The notes under the pieces are model-generated. The model was not told the DNA's origin. It was given only the letters and a program-made list of their open reading frames with translations, and did not search any database. The position numbers were made by a program, and so were the translations under genes. This document shows, one piece after another, positions 26,451-34,762 of a stretch of DNA of 54,786 bases. Numbering within the stretch: the stretch's first letter is position 1; every line of letters begins with the position of its first letter. The DNA is from Candidatus Woesearchaeota archaeon. Its GTDB lineage: Archaea; Nanobdellota; Nanobdellia; Pacearchaeales; GW2011-AR1. The stretch spans positions 1 through 54,786 of the forward strand of contig CAYIOA010000002.1 of NCBI GenBank assembly GCA_964364885.1. Reading direction: 5' to 3'.

Positions 26451-27977
26451 TTATCCTTGAATATTATATCTGCTCAAAATTTCTACAGGATTTTTATAAT
26501 ATTCGTTTACAATCCCTCCAACTTGGTCAAATCCAAAAATTTTTCTTTTATACATCTCATACAATAACCTGGACCTAACATCAAGATCTCTCTGGAGTTT
26601 CTCAACAGAAACGCCGGTTTTAGCTGCAATTTTTTCAAAAACCTTGCTTTGTCTTTTATAGTAAAAAGTATCTTTAGAGGGATCCCATTTAAATGGCGAG
26701 TTGACTAAAGCAGTTCCATCCCTGTTAACATTAACAATCTCAACAACTTCTCTAACCTTTCTTGTTTCCTGCCCATTGACTATTGCATGCGTCGCAATTA
26801 AAACACAATCTAAAGAGTTGACAAGGGTAGGCGACAAGTTAATTGGAGGGGTTTGAAGTCTTCTCACCAAGGTATCAACAGAATCAGCATGCATTGTGCT
26901 TATAGATGCATGCCCAGAAGCCATGCCTTGGAATAGAACATATGCTTCTTTTCCTCTGACTTCTCCAACAATTAAGTAATCAGGGTTTTGCCTGAAAGAA
27001 CTCTTTAATATATCAAATAAATCAACTTGTCCGACTTTTCCAATTCCTATAGATGTTCTTGCAACAGAAGGCAGCCAGTTTTCTCTAGGCAGATTAATCT
27101 CCCGAGTATCTTCCAAAGAAACAACTCTCGCTTCAGGAGGTATAAAAAAAGCAAGGGCATTTAATAAAGTGGTTTTCCCGCTTGCAGTACTTCCAGAGAT
27201 AAGTATATTTGCTTTATTTTCTATCAATATCCAAAAATAAGCGAGAATCTCAGGGCTTAAAGTTCTTAACCCAAGAAGCTGTATCGGGGTCCAGGGTATT
27301 TTTGTAAATTTTCTTATGCTGAAACTAGGTCCTCTTGAAGAAACATCCTTTGTAAAAGTAGCATTAACTCTTGAGCCATCTGGCAGAGTTCCATCAAGCA
27401 AAGGCTGCGCATACGACACATACCTCCCAGATCTTTGGGCAAGTTTCTCAACAAAACTAGCGAGCTTATCAATATCATTAAAGATAACATTTGTTCTTAA
27501 ATTTCTATAAACTCGATGAATAACAAAAATAGGAGTTGAAGCTCCATTGCACTCAATATCCTCTATAAAATAATCTTTTAATAACGGATCAACCTCATTC
27601 ATCCCAATAAAATCCCTAAAAAGATAATAAAATATCTTGCTATAGCTGTCTTTGGAAATTTTTATATTTAGCTCGTTAATCAGCAGTCTGGCTGTTTTGT
27701 CTATGTAATCAGAAGTTGCCTCAACAGTTTTTTCCACTGCAACATTTACATTAATTAATTCCAACATCGCGCTTTCAATTTTTTCAAGAACCTTTTTCTC
27801 ATAATCATTGATAATCGGCTCTTCCAATTCATACACCAGCTCATTCAATTTCGTATTCCAGTAGATATGTGTAGAAGCATAAGGAGGCATAAGCATGTAT
27901 CTTACATTGATTTTCTTTTTATTGTCATACTTTGGAAGCGGTGGAATAGACGGATTAAGATTAATTTGGAAGCTCAT
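26451..27977 (-). CDS. type IV pilus/archaellum-type assembly ATPase (FlaI/PilB/VirB11 superfamily)
   Basis: Walker A SGSTASGKTT. Asp and His boxes (LIVGEVRGKEA, GHASISTMHA). The track start at 27992 is TTG; ATG 27977 is preferred. Confidence 0.9.
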   Translation of the reverse strand: MSFQINLNPSIPPLPKYDNKKKINVRYMLMPPYASTHIYWNTKLNELVYELEEPIINDYEKKVLEKIESAMLELINVNVAVEKTVEATSDYIDKTARLLINELNIKISKDSYSKIFYYLFRDFIGMNEVDPLLKDYFIEDIECNGASTPIFVIHRVYRNLRTNVIFNDIDKLASFVEKLAQRSGRYVSYAQPLLDGTLPDGSRVNATFTKDVSSRGPSFSIRKFTKIPWTPIQLLGLRTLSPEILAYFWILIENKANILISGSTASGKTTLLNALAFFIPPEARVVSLEDTREINLPRENWLPSVARTSIGIGKVGQVDLFDILKSSFRQNPDYLIVGEVRGKEAYVLFQGMASGHASISTMHADSVDTLVRRLQTPPINLSPTLVNSLDCVLIATHAIVNGQETRKVREVVEIVNVNRDGTALVNSPFKWDPSKDTFYYKRQSKVFEKIAAKTGVSVEKLQRDLDVRSRLLYEMYKRKIFGFDQVGGIVNEYYKNPVEILSRYNIQG

Positions 27978-28007
27978 ATTTACAATAAACAAATATTTTA
28001 TTTAAAC

Positions 28008-28556
28008 CTATCCTCTAGATATTTCTTCAATATTTATTTGCAATAAGCTGTTAGAAACCCCCAAATTCTCTATAGACAGCTTGTACGGAATTCCCGCAGC
28101 AGAAAGCTTTTTTTCTTTATTACTTGTTTCATAAGCGAGATCAATTTTTCCACTATACTCAAGAGTAATAGTAAGGTTATTATCTCCTTTTTTCTTTTCC
28201 TCAGAGAAAACCTTAAACTTCCCGGATTGCACTTGAACATTCGGCTCAGAATAAGGTTTTTTTAACTCATCCAGCTTAAATACAATCTTGTCATTCAGGC
28301 CATCAATATAAAGACTTCCTCGTTTTATCTTAAACTCAGGGATTATTCTGACATTCCCAGGACCTCGGTCAATAACATCATTTATTTTTTCATCCAGAAC
28401 ATTCAAAGATTCCATTGTCTGCTCAATAACAATTCTATCTTTCGCTTCGCTTATTTTTGGCAGAACTATCGCTAATATAATTCCTATTAAACTTAAGCCG
28501 ATTAAAGTATACAGGACTGTCTCTATCCAAACTTGCCCAACCTTGCTCTTTTTCAT
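28008..28556 (-). CDS. type IV pilin-like protein
   Basis: MKKSKVG|QVWIETVLYTLIGLSLIGIILAIVL, with Glu at +5. Starts 2 nt after the upstream stop. Confidence 0.6.
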   Translation of the reverse strand: MKKSKVGQVWIETVLYTLIGLSLIGIILAIVLPKISEAKDRIVIEQTMESLNVLDEKINDVIDRGPGNVRIIPEFKIKRGSLYIDGLNDKIVFKLDELKKPYSEPNVQVQSGKFKVFSEEKKKGDNNLTITLEYSGKIDLAYETSNKEKKLSAAGIPYKLSIENLGVSNSLLQINIEEISRG

Positions 28557-28558
28557 TT

Positions 28559-29068
28559 TTAGCATGAACTCTTTATTTTTATATAATCTGTTTTTCCACA
28601 AACCCTTCCAGACTTTAATACAGGAACAACTTCAACAGAGTAATACAAATTACTAGATGTATAAAGATAGCTTCTAGTCTCTCCAGTTTTCGGTATTTCT
28701 ATATTCTTGCTTGAATCTGAAAGCATTTTTATACTTCCCGGGCTGTTTCCTTCCAGAACATCAACTGCCTGAAATAAATTTCCATCGCTATAAACAAGTT
28801 TAAATCCAGCGATATTATTATCAGAATCATCAGCTTTAGCCAAAACACTTATCTTATACTCTCCACTAGGCGCATCTAAACAACTAAATCCAGAATCTTC
28901 ATCAAATTTAAAATATTCTTTATAAGCAATACACTCACTGCTGGCATATAAGTTCTTTTTTACAAACGGCACAGCAAATTCTGCAACAATCATCACACTG
29001 CTAACTGTCAATAAAATAATAAAAACTACTGCAACAATCTGGGATAATGCCTTTTTGCCATCAATCAT
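28559..29068 (-). CDS. type IV pilin-like protein
   Basis: MIDGKKA|LSQIVAVVFIILLTVSSVMIV class III-like N-terminus. Confidence 0.55.
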   Translation of the reverse strand: MIDGKKALSQIVAVVFIILLTVSSVMIVAEFAVPFVKKNLYASSECIAYKEYFKFDEDSGFSCLDAPSGEYKISVLAKADDSDNNIAGFKLVYSDGNLFQAVDVLEGNSPGSIKMLSDSSKNIEIPKTGETRSYLYTSSNLYYSVEVVPVLKSGRVCGKTDYIKIKSSC

Positions 29069-29069
29069 T

Positions 29070-29537
29070 TTAAGGTTCTACTATTACCTCTATACCATAA
29101 TCTTTATCGCAAACATAGGCTTTCTTGTAATCTTCACCCTCGCCTAATAAAACAGGCACGACAATAATCTCGTCACCATTATTTAAACTTGGAGCATCAA
29201 CACTAACACTTTCTCCAGTTATCACATTCTGCTCAAGAATCTCTGTTTGGATTGCCTCTCTGAATAAATTTTTCTTAAGAATTTCTATTCCATAAAGCGG
29301 AATTGTTCCAGTATTCTCAATGTGGATTTGCCCGCCGTAAGCTTCCCCCCTGAAACTTACTTCTTCACAAGAGAAGTCTATTTTTCTTTCCCCTTTTGTT
29401 ATTGACTCTCCTATAAAACTCTTAGCCCATATAAAGACAATAACAGCCAGAATAACTGCCAATAAAATAAGAAGAACACTTGCAATAACCGGAGACAAAC
29501 CTCTTTTTTTCTCATTATTCATTCTTTTAAATGCCAC
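29070..29537 (-). CDS. archaeal type IV pilin (Pilin_N/DUF361-type N-terminus)
   Basis: NEKKRG|LSPVIASVLLILLAVILAVIVF, the canonical archaeal pilin N-terminal signature. Confidence 0.75.
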   Translation of the reverse strand: MAFKRMNNEKKRGLSPVIASVLLILLAVILAVIVFIWAKSFIGESITKGERKIDFSCEEVSFRGEAYGGQIHIENTGTIPLYGIEILKKNLFREAIQTEILEQNVITGESVSVDAPSLNNGDEIIVVPVLLGEGEDYKKAYVCDKDYGIEVIVEP

Positions 29538-29563
29538 CCTCTCTTTAAATATTTATTGAAGAA

Positions 29564-30538
29564 TTAACTGCTCTCTACTTTATTTTTCGTTATAAACTCA
29601 TAGGCAGAATAAGCTGCAGTGCATCCCTCAGCAACACCAGTTATTGCTTGCTTGAACTGCTTATCAGCAACATCCCCCCCAGCAAATATTCCCGGGATAT
29701 TTGTCTCAGAAGTTTTGTGATCAATCACAATCTCTCCCTTGGCGTTTAATTTAACACCAAGGGGTTTAGCCAGTTCAGATAAAACAACATGCCCGATAGC
29801 AACAAATACTCCGTCCAACTCAATTTCTTTTTTATCTTTATATGCTCTGTCCAGAACAGCGCTTCTGACAAACTGCTCTCCTTTTATCTCAACAACATTT
29901 GTATTATTAATAATCTCAATCTTTTTATTTGATTCAATTCTTTCCATATTAATCGGTTCAGGATGTATTTTTTCACCTCTATAAATAATATACACTTTTT
30001 TTACATGCTCTGCTAGTAATAATGCATCTTTAGCTGCAGAATCAGAGCCGCCAATCACTGCAACTATTTTATTCTTGAATAACGGCCCATCACATAAAGC
30101 GCAGTATGCAACACCCCTGTTCTCAAACTCTCTGCTTCCAGGAACTTCTAGTCTTTTCCATTTTGTTCCAGTAGCAAACAAAATAGTTTTTCCTTTGTAG
30201 CATTCTTTATCACTCTTTACAAAAAACAAATTGCCCTTCTTTTCAACACTCTCCACTTTCTCTTCTTTTATGCTGACTAATTCATAATCCAGGGCATGAT
30301 CTTTTATTTTATCCGCAAGTTCTGTTCCGGTTAATCTAATAAATCCAGGATAGTTCTCTACAACATTCGTAGTTGTAATAACTCCACCTACAGGCAGTTC
30401 AGAGCCGTGCGTTGCACCCAAAACAAGGCTTTTCAAGCCCAATCTGGCACCGTACATTCCAGCAGCAAGCCCGCTCACACCAGCCCCTAGAATAATAAAG
30501 TCGTAATTCTCTTCCTTCTTTTGTTTTTCTTTCTTCAT
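29564..30538 (-). CDS. trxB: thioredoxin-disulfide reductase
   Basis: FAD motif ILGAGVSGLAAG. Redox CALC (CxxC) followed by DG. NADPH motif VIGGSDSAAKDA. Start taken at M15 of the track ORF. Confidence 0.88.
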   Translation of the reverse strand: MKKEKQKKEENYDFIILGAGVSGLAAGMYGARLGLKSLVLGATHGSELPVGGVITTTNVVENYPGFIRLTGTELADKIKDHALDYELVSIKEEKVESVEKKGNLFFVKSDKECYKGKTILFATGTKWKRLEVPGSREFENRGVAYCALCDGPLFKNKIVAVIGGSDSAAKDALLLAEHVKKVYIIYRGEKIHPEPINMERIESNKKIEIINNTNVVEIKGEQFVRSAVLDRAYKDKKEIELDGVFVAIGHVVLSELAKPLGVKLNAKGEIVIDHKTSETNIPGIFAGGDVADKQFKQAITGVAEGCTAAYSAYEFITKNKVESS

Positions 30539-30612
30539 TGCTAAAAATAAAATCTTATGTATATAAACAATTCGCTGCAAACATATATTAATCTAAATCT
30601 ATAAAAAATAGA

Positions 30613-31098
30613 ATGGAAAAAGCTCTGCTCTCTTATTTAAAAAAATATCATATAAATTACAAGATTCATAAACATCCTCCTGTTTTTACAGTGGAAGAGT
30701 CAAAAAAAATAAAGCAGAAAATCCCTGGATTAAGCACAAAAAGTCTATTTCTCAAAGACGAAAATAATAATTACTACCTGATTAGTCTGCCCGGAGAAAA
30801 GCGCCTGAATATCGGGCGATTAAAAAAATATTTCCTAATAAAAGAATTGATATTCGCTTCTCCTGAAGAATTATTCAGAGAACTCCATGTAATGCCTGGA
30901 AGCGTATCTATATTTGCGATAATTTACTCAAATAAAACAATCCTTGCACTTGACAATGAAGTTTGGGACGCAAAAATAGTCGGTTTCCACCCGAATATAA
31001 ATACAGAAACACTTGAGCTAACTCACGATGATTTAAAAAGATTCTATGACTCAGTTAAAGCACAGAAGCACATTATCGCCTTAAACGATGCCTTATGA
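30613..31098 (+). CDS. YbaK/ProX-like aminoacyl-tRNA editing domain protein
   Basis: 161 aa. HPPVFTVEES...KSLFLKD...GSVS...HPN pattern typical of the YbaK/ProX deacylase fold. Confidence 0.6.
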   Translation: MEKALLSYLKKYHINYKIHKHPPVFTVEESKKIKQKIPGLSTKSLFLKDENNNYYLISLPGEKRLNIGRLKKYFLIKELIFASPEELFRELHVMPGSVSIFAIIYSNKTILALDNEVWDAKIVGFHPNINTETLELTHDDLKRFYDSVKAQKHIIALNDAL

Positions 31099-31835
31099 AG
31101 TCCTCACATGCTTTAATTTTATCCCTATTGATAACGCTGTTTATCTCGCTCAATGTCTCTCTTCTTGGCTCAATTAATAAATCCGTTCGTAAGCCACTGA
31201 TTATAACGCGTGTTATAGACGGAGACACATTAATAACAGAAGAAGGAACAACAATTCGTTTGTTAAATATCAATACACCTGAGAAAAATAACCCGGGTTA
31301 TCAAGAAGCCTTGTCTTTTCTAAAAAAACTGGAAAATAAAACAGTTGAAATAGAAGAATTAGAAACAGAAAAATACGGCAGGACTCTGGCAAGGGTATAC
31401 TCTCCGAATTATCTAAACTTAGAAATAGTCTCTTTAGGATTGGCAAAAAAGTTTCTTGTTGATGAGGCAGAAACTAAAGAATTCAATGAAGCAGAAGAAG
31501 AAGCTGTAGAGAACTCAAGAGGCCTTTGGAAAAAATCACCTTATTATAACTGCCTAAGCGCAAAAATAGACCAGAAAGATGAAGTAATCTACCTAAAAAG
31601 CAAATGCGGAAAAATATATATAAAAAATTGGTATTTAACAGACGAGAGTAGAAAAGAATATAAATTTGGCAATTTATCAATAGATGAGATAAACATTCAC
31701 TCTAAAAGTGGTGCAAATACAGAAACAAATTTGTTCTGGAAATCAAAACAGAATATTTGGAACAATGATAGGGATACATTATATGTCTTCGATGAAAAAA
31801 ACAATCTCGTGCATCATCAGTCTTACGGCTATTAA
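31095..31835 (+). CDS. secreted thermonuclease (SNase) fused to lamin-tail-domain (LTD)-like module
   Basis: Signal/TM. SNase core VIDGDTLI...IRLLNINTPE...GRTLARVY. C-terminal LTD pattern EVIYLKS...IKNWYLTD...IWNNDRDTLYVFDEKNNLV. ATGA overlap with the upstream gene. Confidence 0.8.
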   Translation: MKSSHALILSLLITLFISLNVSLLGSINKSVRKPLIITRVIDGDTLITEEGTTIRLLNINTPEKNNPGYQEALSFLKKLENKTVEIEELETEKYGRTLARVYSPNYLNLEIVSLGLAKKFLVDEAETKEFNEAEEEAVENSRGLWKKSPYYNCLSAKIDQKDEVIYLKSKCGKIYIKNWYLTDESRKEYKFGNLSIDEINIHSKSGANTETNLFWKSKQNIWNNDRDTLYVFDEKNNLVHHQSYGY

Positions 31836-32532
31836 GATTATTTTTCTTATTCTATTGCAGCTAAGCCTAGTGTCCTCATTAGAATTCGATATAAACTATC
31901 CAAAACAGGTTGAACAAAATAAAGAATTTACAGTTTCCATAAGCTCAGCTCCTCCTCCAGAAGAATCCTATGATGTAAAAATATTTGTAAACAAGCATAC
32001 GAAAGAATTTTCCGAAATTTATGATGGGGAGAAATGGAGAAGTCCATTTAGTTATTTGTCTTCAGCTTATCCTAATAAAATAGAATTCAAAATACTCTCG
32101 CATTTTGTTGGAGAATCTCAGCTTTGTGTGCGTCTAAGAAAGACGCTCTCTCCAAATGAAAAAATATCCGAAGTATGCAGCCCGATTGAAGTCAGCCCTC
32201 TATACTCTTCTCAGGAAGAGCAAGAACAATCAACTAATAAAGAAGAAAAAGAGCAAAAAACAAAAGAGAATTATAAAGAAACAGAGAAAAAGGAAAAAAT
32301 AAAACCCTCAATATCCGGGAACGTATCGCAAAAAGTTGAAGATTTAACTATAAATAAGAAAATACCCCCAGAAAGTACAGAAAAAATAATTCTCAAGACA
32401 GGCAAGAGTCAAGTTAAGAGTGAAAAAGATGTTCTCTCTACAAAACAAGAAAAAACAAGGTTAGCAATCATGTACAGTTTTGCTGTTTTCTCTGTTTTAC
32501 TGATTATTTTCCTGTTTCTAAAACGCTGGTAA
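31792..32532 (+). CDS. C-terminally anchored surface protein with K/E-rich linker
   Basis: Signal-like N-terminus, a beta-rich domain, EEQEQSTNKEEKEQK linker and a C-terminal TM. Start 31783 or 31792; the track start (31708) lies deep in the upstream gene. Confidence 0.5.
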   Translation: MKKTISCIISLTAIKIIFLILLQLSLVSSLEFDINYPKQVEQNKEFTVSISSAPPPEESYDVKIFVNKHTKEFSEIYDGEKWRSPFSYLSSAYPNKIEFKILSHFVGESQLCVRLRKTLSPNEKISEVCSPIEVSPLYSSQEEQEQSTNKEEKEQKTKENYKETEKKEKIKPSISGNVSQKVEDLTINKKIPPESTEKIILKTGKSQVKSEKDVLSTKQEKTRLAIMYSFAVFSVLLIIFLFLKRW

Positions 32533-32534
32533 GA

Positions 32535-33047
32535 ATGTTTAAAAATGCTCTTTCCATCATAAAAAAAATGGAGAAATTAAGCGTCGTTCTCGTAATAGAA
32601 ATATTAGGTCGCCCCCCAGAGCACGTAAAAGAAGGTCTGGATATTTTAATTGAGCGTCTTGGCTCAGAAAAAGGCGTAAAATTGCTTAATAAAAACTGCC
32701 ACGAGCCGGTTCAAATACAGGATTCCAAAGATTTATTCACAGCTTTCGCAGAAATTGAGCTGGAATTAGACTCTCTAGAAAACTATTTCGGTATACTATT
32801 TGCGTATATGCCTTCCCACATAGAAATAATCCATCCGGAAAAAATAGCTCTCGCAAACACAGAACTAAACACTCTCGGAAACTTATTAGTTCAAAGACTC
32901 CATGATTACGACGCAATAACAAAAAAAGCATTAATTGAAAAAGATGTCCTGCTTAAAAAGTTGCAGGAGATTTCCCCGGAATTATTCTCAAGCAATCAGG
33001 ACAGCAAAGACATTAAAAAAACAAAGCGCAAAAAGAAGCTAAGGTAG
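32535..33047 (+). CDS. hypothetical cytoplasmic protein
   Basis: 170-aa ORF, 2 nt after the upstream stop. No motif recognised. Confidence 0.45.
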   Translation: MFKNALSIIKKMEKLSVVLVIEILGRPPEHVKEGLDILIERLGSEKGVKLLNKNCHEPVQIQDSKDLFTAFAEIELELDSLENYFGILFAYMPSHIEIIHPEKIALANTELNTLGNLLVQRLHDYDAITKKALIEKDVLLKKLQEISPELFSSNQDSKDIKKTKRKKKLR

Positions 33048-34379
33048 ATTTTTCTCTATGTCAAATATCTTCTTTGGTATAGGGCTCCCAGAGCCAGATT
33101 TTGATTTTCTGTACTTAAAGAATATTATCAGAATGACTAGAATAACAATTCCAATAATCAAATATCCTGCCCAAGATTTACCGCTGCTCGCTGGCTCTTT
33201 TTCACATTTTCCAATACAGCACAAATTATCAAGACTATTAACTTCCTCTCCAGAGCATATTTCATCTGCGCTGCACTTTACTCCAAGCAGCTCGCTGCAG
33301 TAATACATTTCTTTCCCTCCGGTAGTATTGCTCTTAAAATATTTAGCCCCGCTCTCACTCTCATTTTTAACAGACTTTAATTTTACTAGCAAGTAAGAAC
33401 TGCTGTTCTCTGATTTAGCTGTAACAACCTCTTTCATATCTCCTTCAGCATTTTTCAAGCTCAGATTAAAATACTTCGTTTCATTTGAGTTTATTGTTTC
33501 GTTCTCTCCGGTTAAAATAGAGAAAATATCGTTATTGTACTGAAAAAAAATTCTGTCTATATTTCTTCCTTTGTTTATAATCCCTATTTGATAAACAGGG
33601 AGTTTTCCGCCTTCTATATAATTTATTTCAATTATCTTTGGAAAGAATTCAAATAATAGTTCTTCTTTTTGAATATAAAGTGGTGGAGGCTCTTCGCTCT
33701 CATTTATTTCAATTACAGAATCGTTTGTATTACTTATATTGCCTGGCAAACTTTGATTAGCTCTGGCGTTCAAGCCATAAGAATAATTTCCAAGAATATA
33801 CCCGGGAACATTATATCTCCCAATTTTTATAGGAACAAATTTAGCTCCAGAAACTTTTTCTATGGAGAATTTTAGCTTGTTCTCCCCAGGCTTAAGTTCA
33901 AATTCTCTTGTCTCAGGAAAATCAGAGTTTATTACTTTATTGAAGTCCTCATAAACTGTAGCAGTTATCTCAAAATCTTTATCACTCAGCACAAATCCCG
34001 GCTTTATTGAATAATCTACGCTCTCTCCTTCAACAGAGAAACTCTCTTGGTAGTCCATAACTTTATTTTCCCCATTATCAAAGACAATCATGTCCTCTAT
34101 TGTAAAAGTATAGCTATTCTGGCTATTTGGTGCAATAAACCAGAAATAATACTTATCTCCTAGTTTTTTAATGTCATAATCAAATGCAACATCCACATGT
34201 CCCCTCTTTAACTTAACCTGCTCTTTTGTTATTTGCTCTAGTATAGTTCCTGATAATTCTGCAATAGCAGTTTCTCTCGGAGCATAAATCTCCTTTAAGT
34301 TTGAAGTTACAGAGGAAGCCTTCTCCATATAGGCAAATAACATAATAAAAACGAACAATAAAATAACACTGATTTTCAT
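33039..34379 (-). CDS. secreted surface protein with Cys-rich juxtamembrane module and TM anchor
   Basis: Signal peptide. Beta-rich ectodomain. CSELLGVKCSADEICSGEEVNSLDNLCCIGKCE followed by a TM and a short tail. Confidence 0.7.
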   Translation of the reverse strand: MKISVILLFVFIMLFAYMEKASSVTSNLKEIYAPRETAIAELSGTILEQITKEQVKLKRGHVDVAFDYDIKKLGDKYYFWFIAPNSQNSYTFTIEDMIVFDNGENKVMDYQESFSVEGESVDYSIKPGFVLSDKDFEITATVYEDFNKVINSDFPETREFELKPGENKLKFSIEKVSGAKFVPIKIGRYNVPGYILGNYSYGLNARANQSLPGNISNTNDSVIEINESEEPPPLYIQKEELLFEFFPKIIEINYIEGGKLPVYQIGIINKGRNIDRIFFQYNNDIFSILTGENETINSNETKYFNLSLKNAEGDMKEVVTAKSENSSSYLLVKLKSVKNESESGAKYFKSNTTGGKEMYYCSELLGVKCSADEICSGEEVNSLDNLCCIGKCEKEPASSGKSWAGYLIIGIVILVILIIFFKYRKSKSGSGSPIPKKIFDIEKNLP

Positions 34380-34469
34380 CTCTAAATAAAATCATTTCTT
34401 TATATAAATCCTATCCTCAAAGAAACCCAAACAAAACGAATATAAACCCTCTTTTCTTATGTTGTATAA

Positions 34470-34754
34470 ATGGCTGATATCAATTCATCAGAGTTATTGA
34501 AAGACACAGTCAACCTGTTCCCGCCAGATTTAACTCTTAAACTAACTTCATTGATACATCTGGCAAGAAGCGCAGCAATTTTAGTTTTGATGTATATTTC
34601 ACTGCTTATTATAATAAAAATAGTTCAATTCATAAAAGAGTTTAAACAAGCTAGTTACATAAGAAAAATCTCAAGGAACATAGAAGAGATTAATGAGAAC
34701 CTAAAATCCCTTCTTCCAAAAAAAGGAAAGGGCGAAAAGAAAGAAACTAAATAA
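34470..34754 (+). CDS. small single-pass membrane protein
   Basis: 94 aa with one TM (AAILVLMYISLLIIIKIV) and a K/E-rich tail. Confidence 0.4.
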   Translation: MADINSSELLKDTVNLFPPDLTLKLTSLIHLARSAAILVLMYISLLIIIKIVQFIKEFKQASYIRKISRNIEEINENLKSLLPKKGKGEKKETK

Positions 34755-34762
34755 ATCGCTCG

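Noticed and set aside
31708-31791. N-terminal extension of the 31708-32532 ORF
   Set aside because: The first ~25 codons lie inside the SNase-LTD gene and lack signal-peptide character. The internal ATGs at 31783 or 31792 give a normal signal-like N-terminus.
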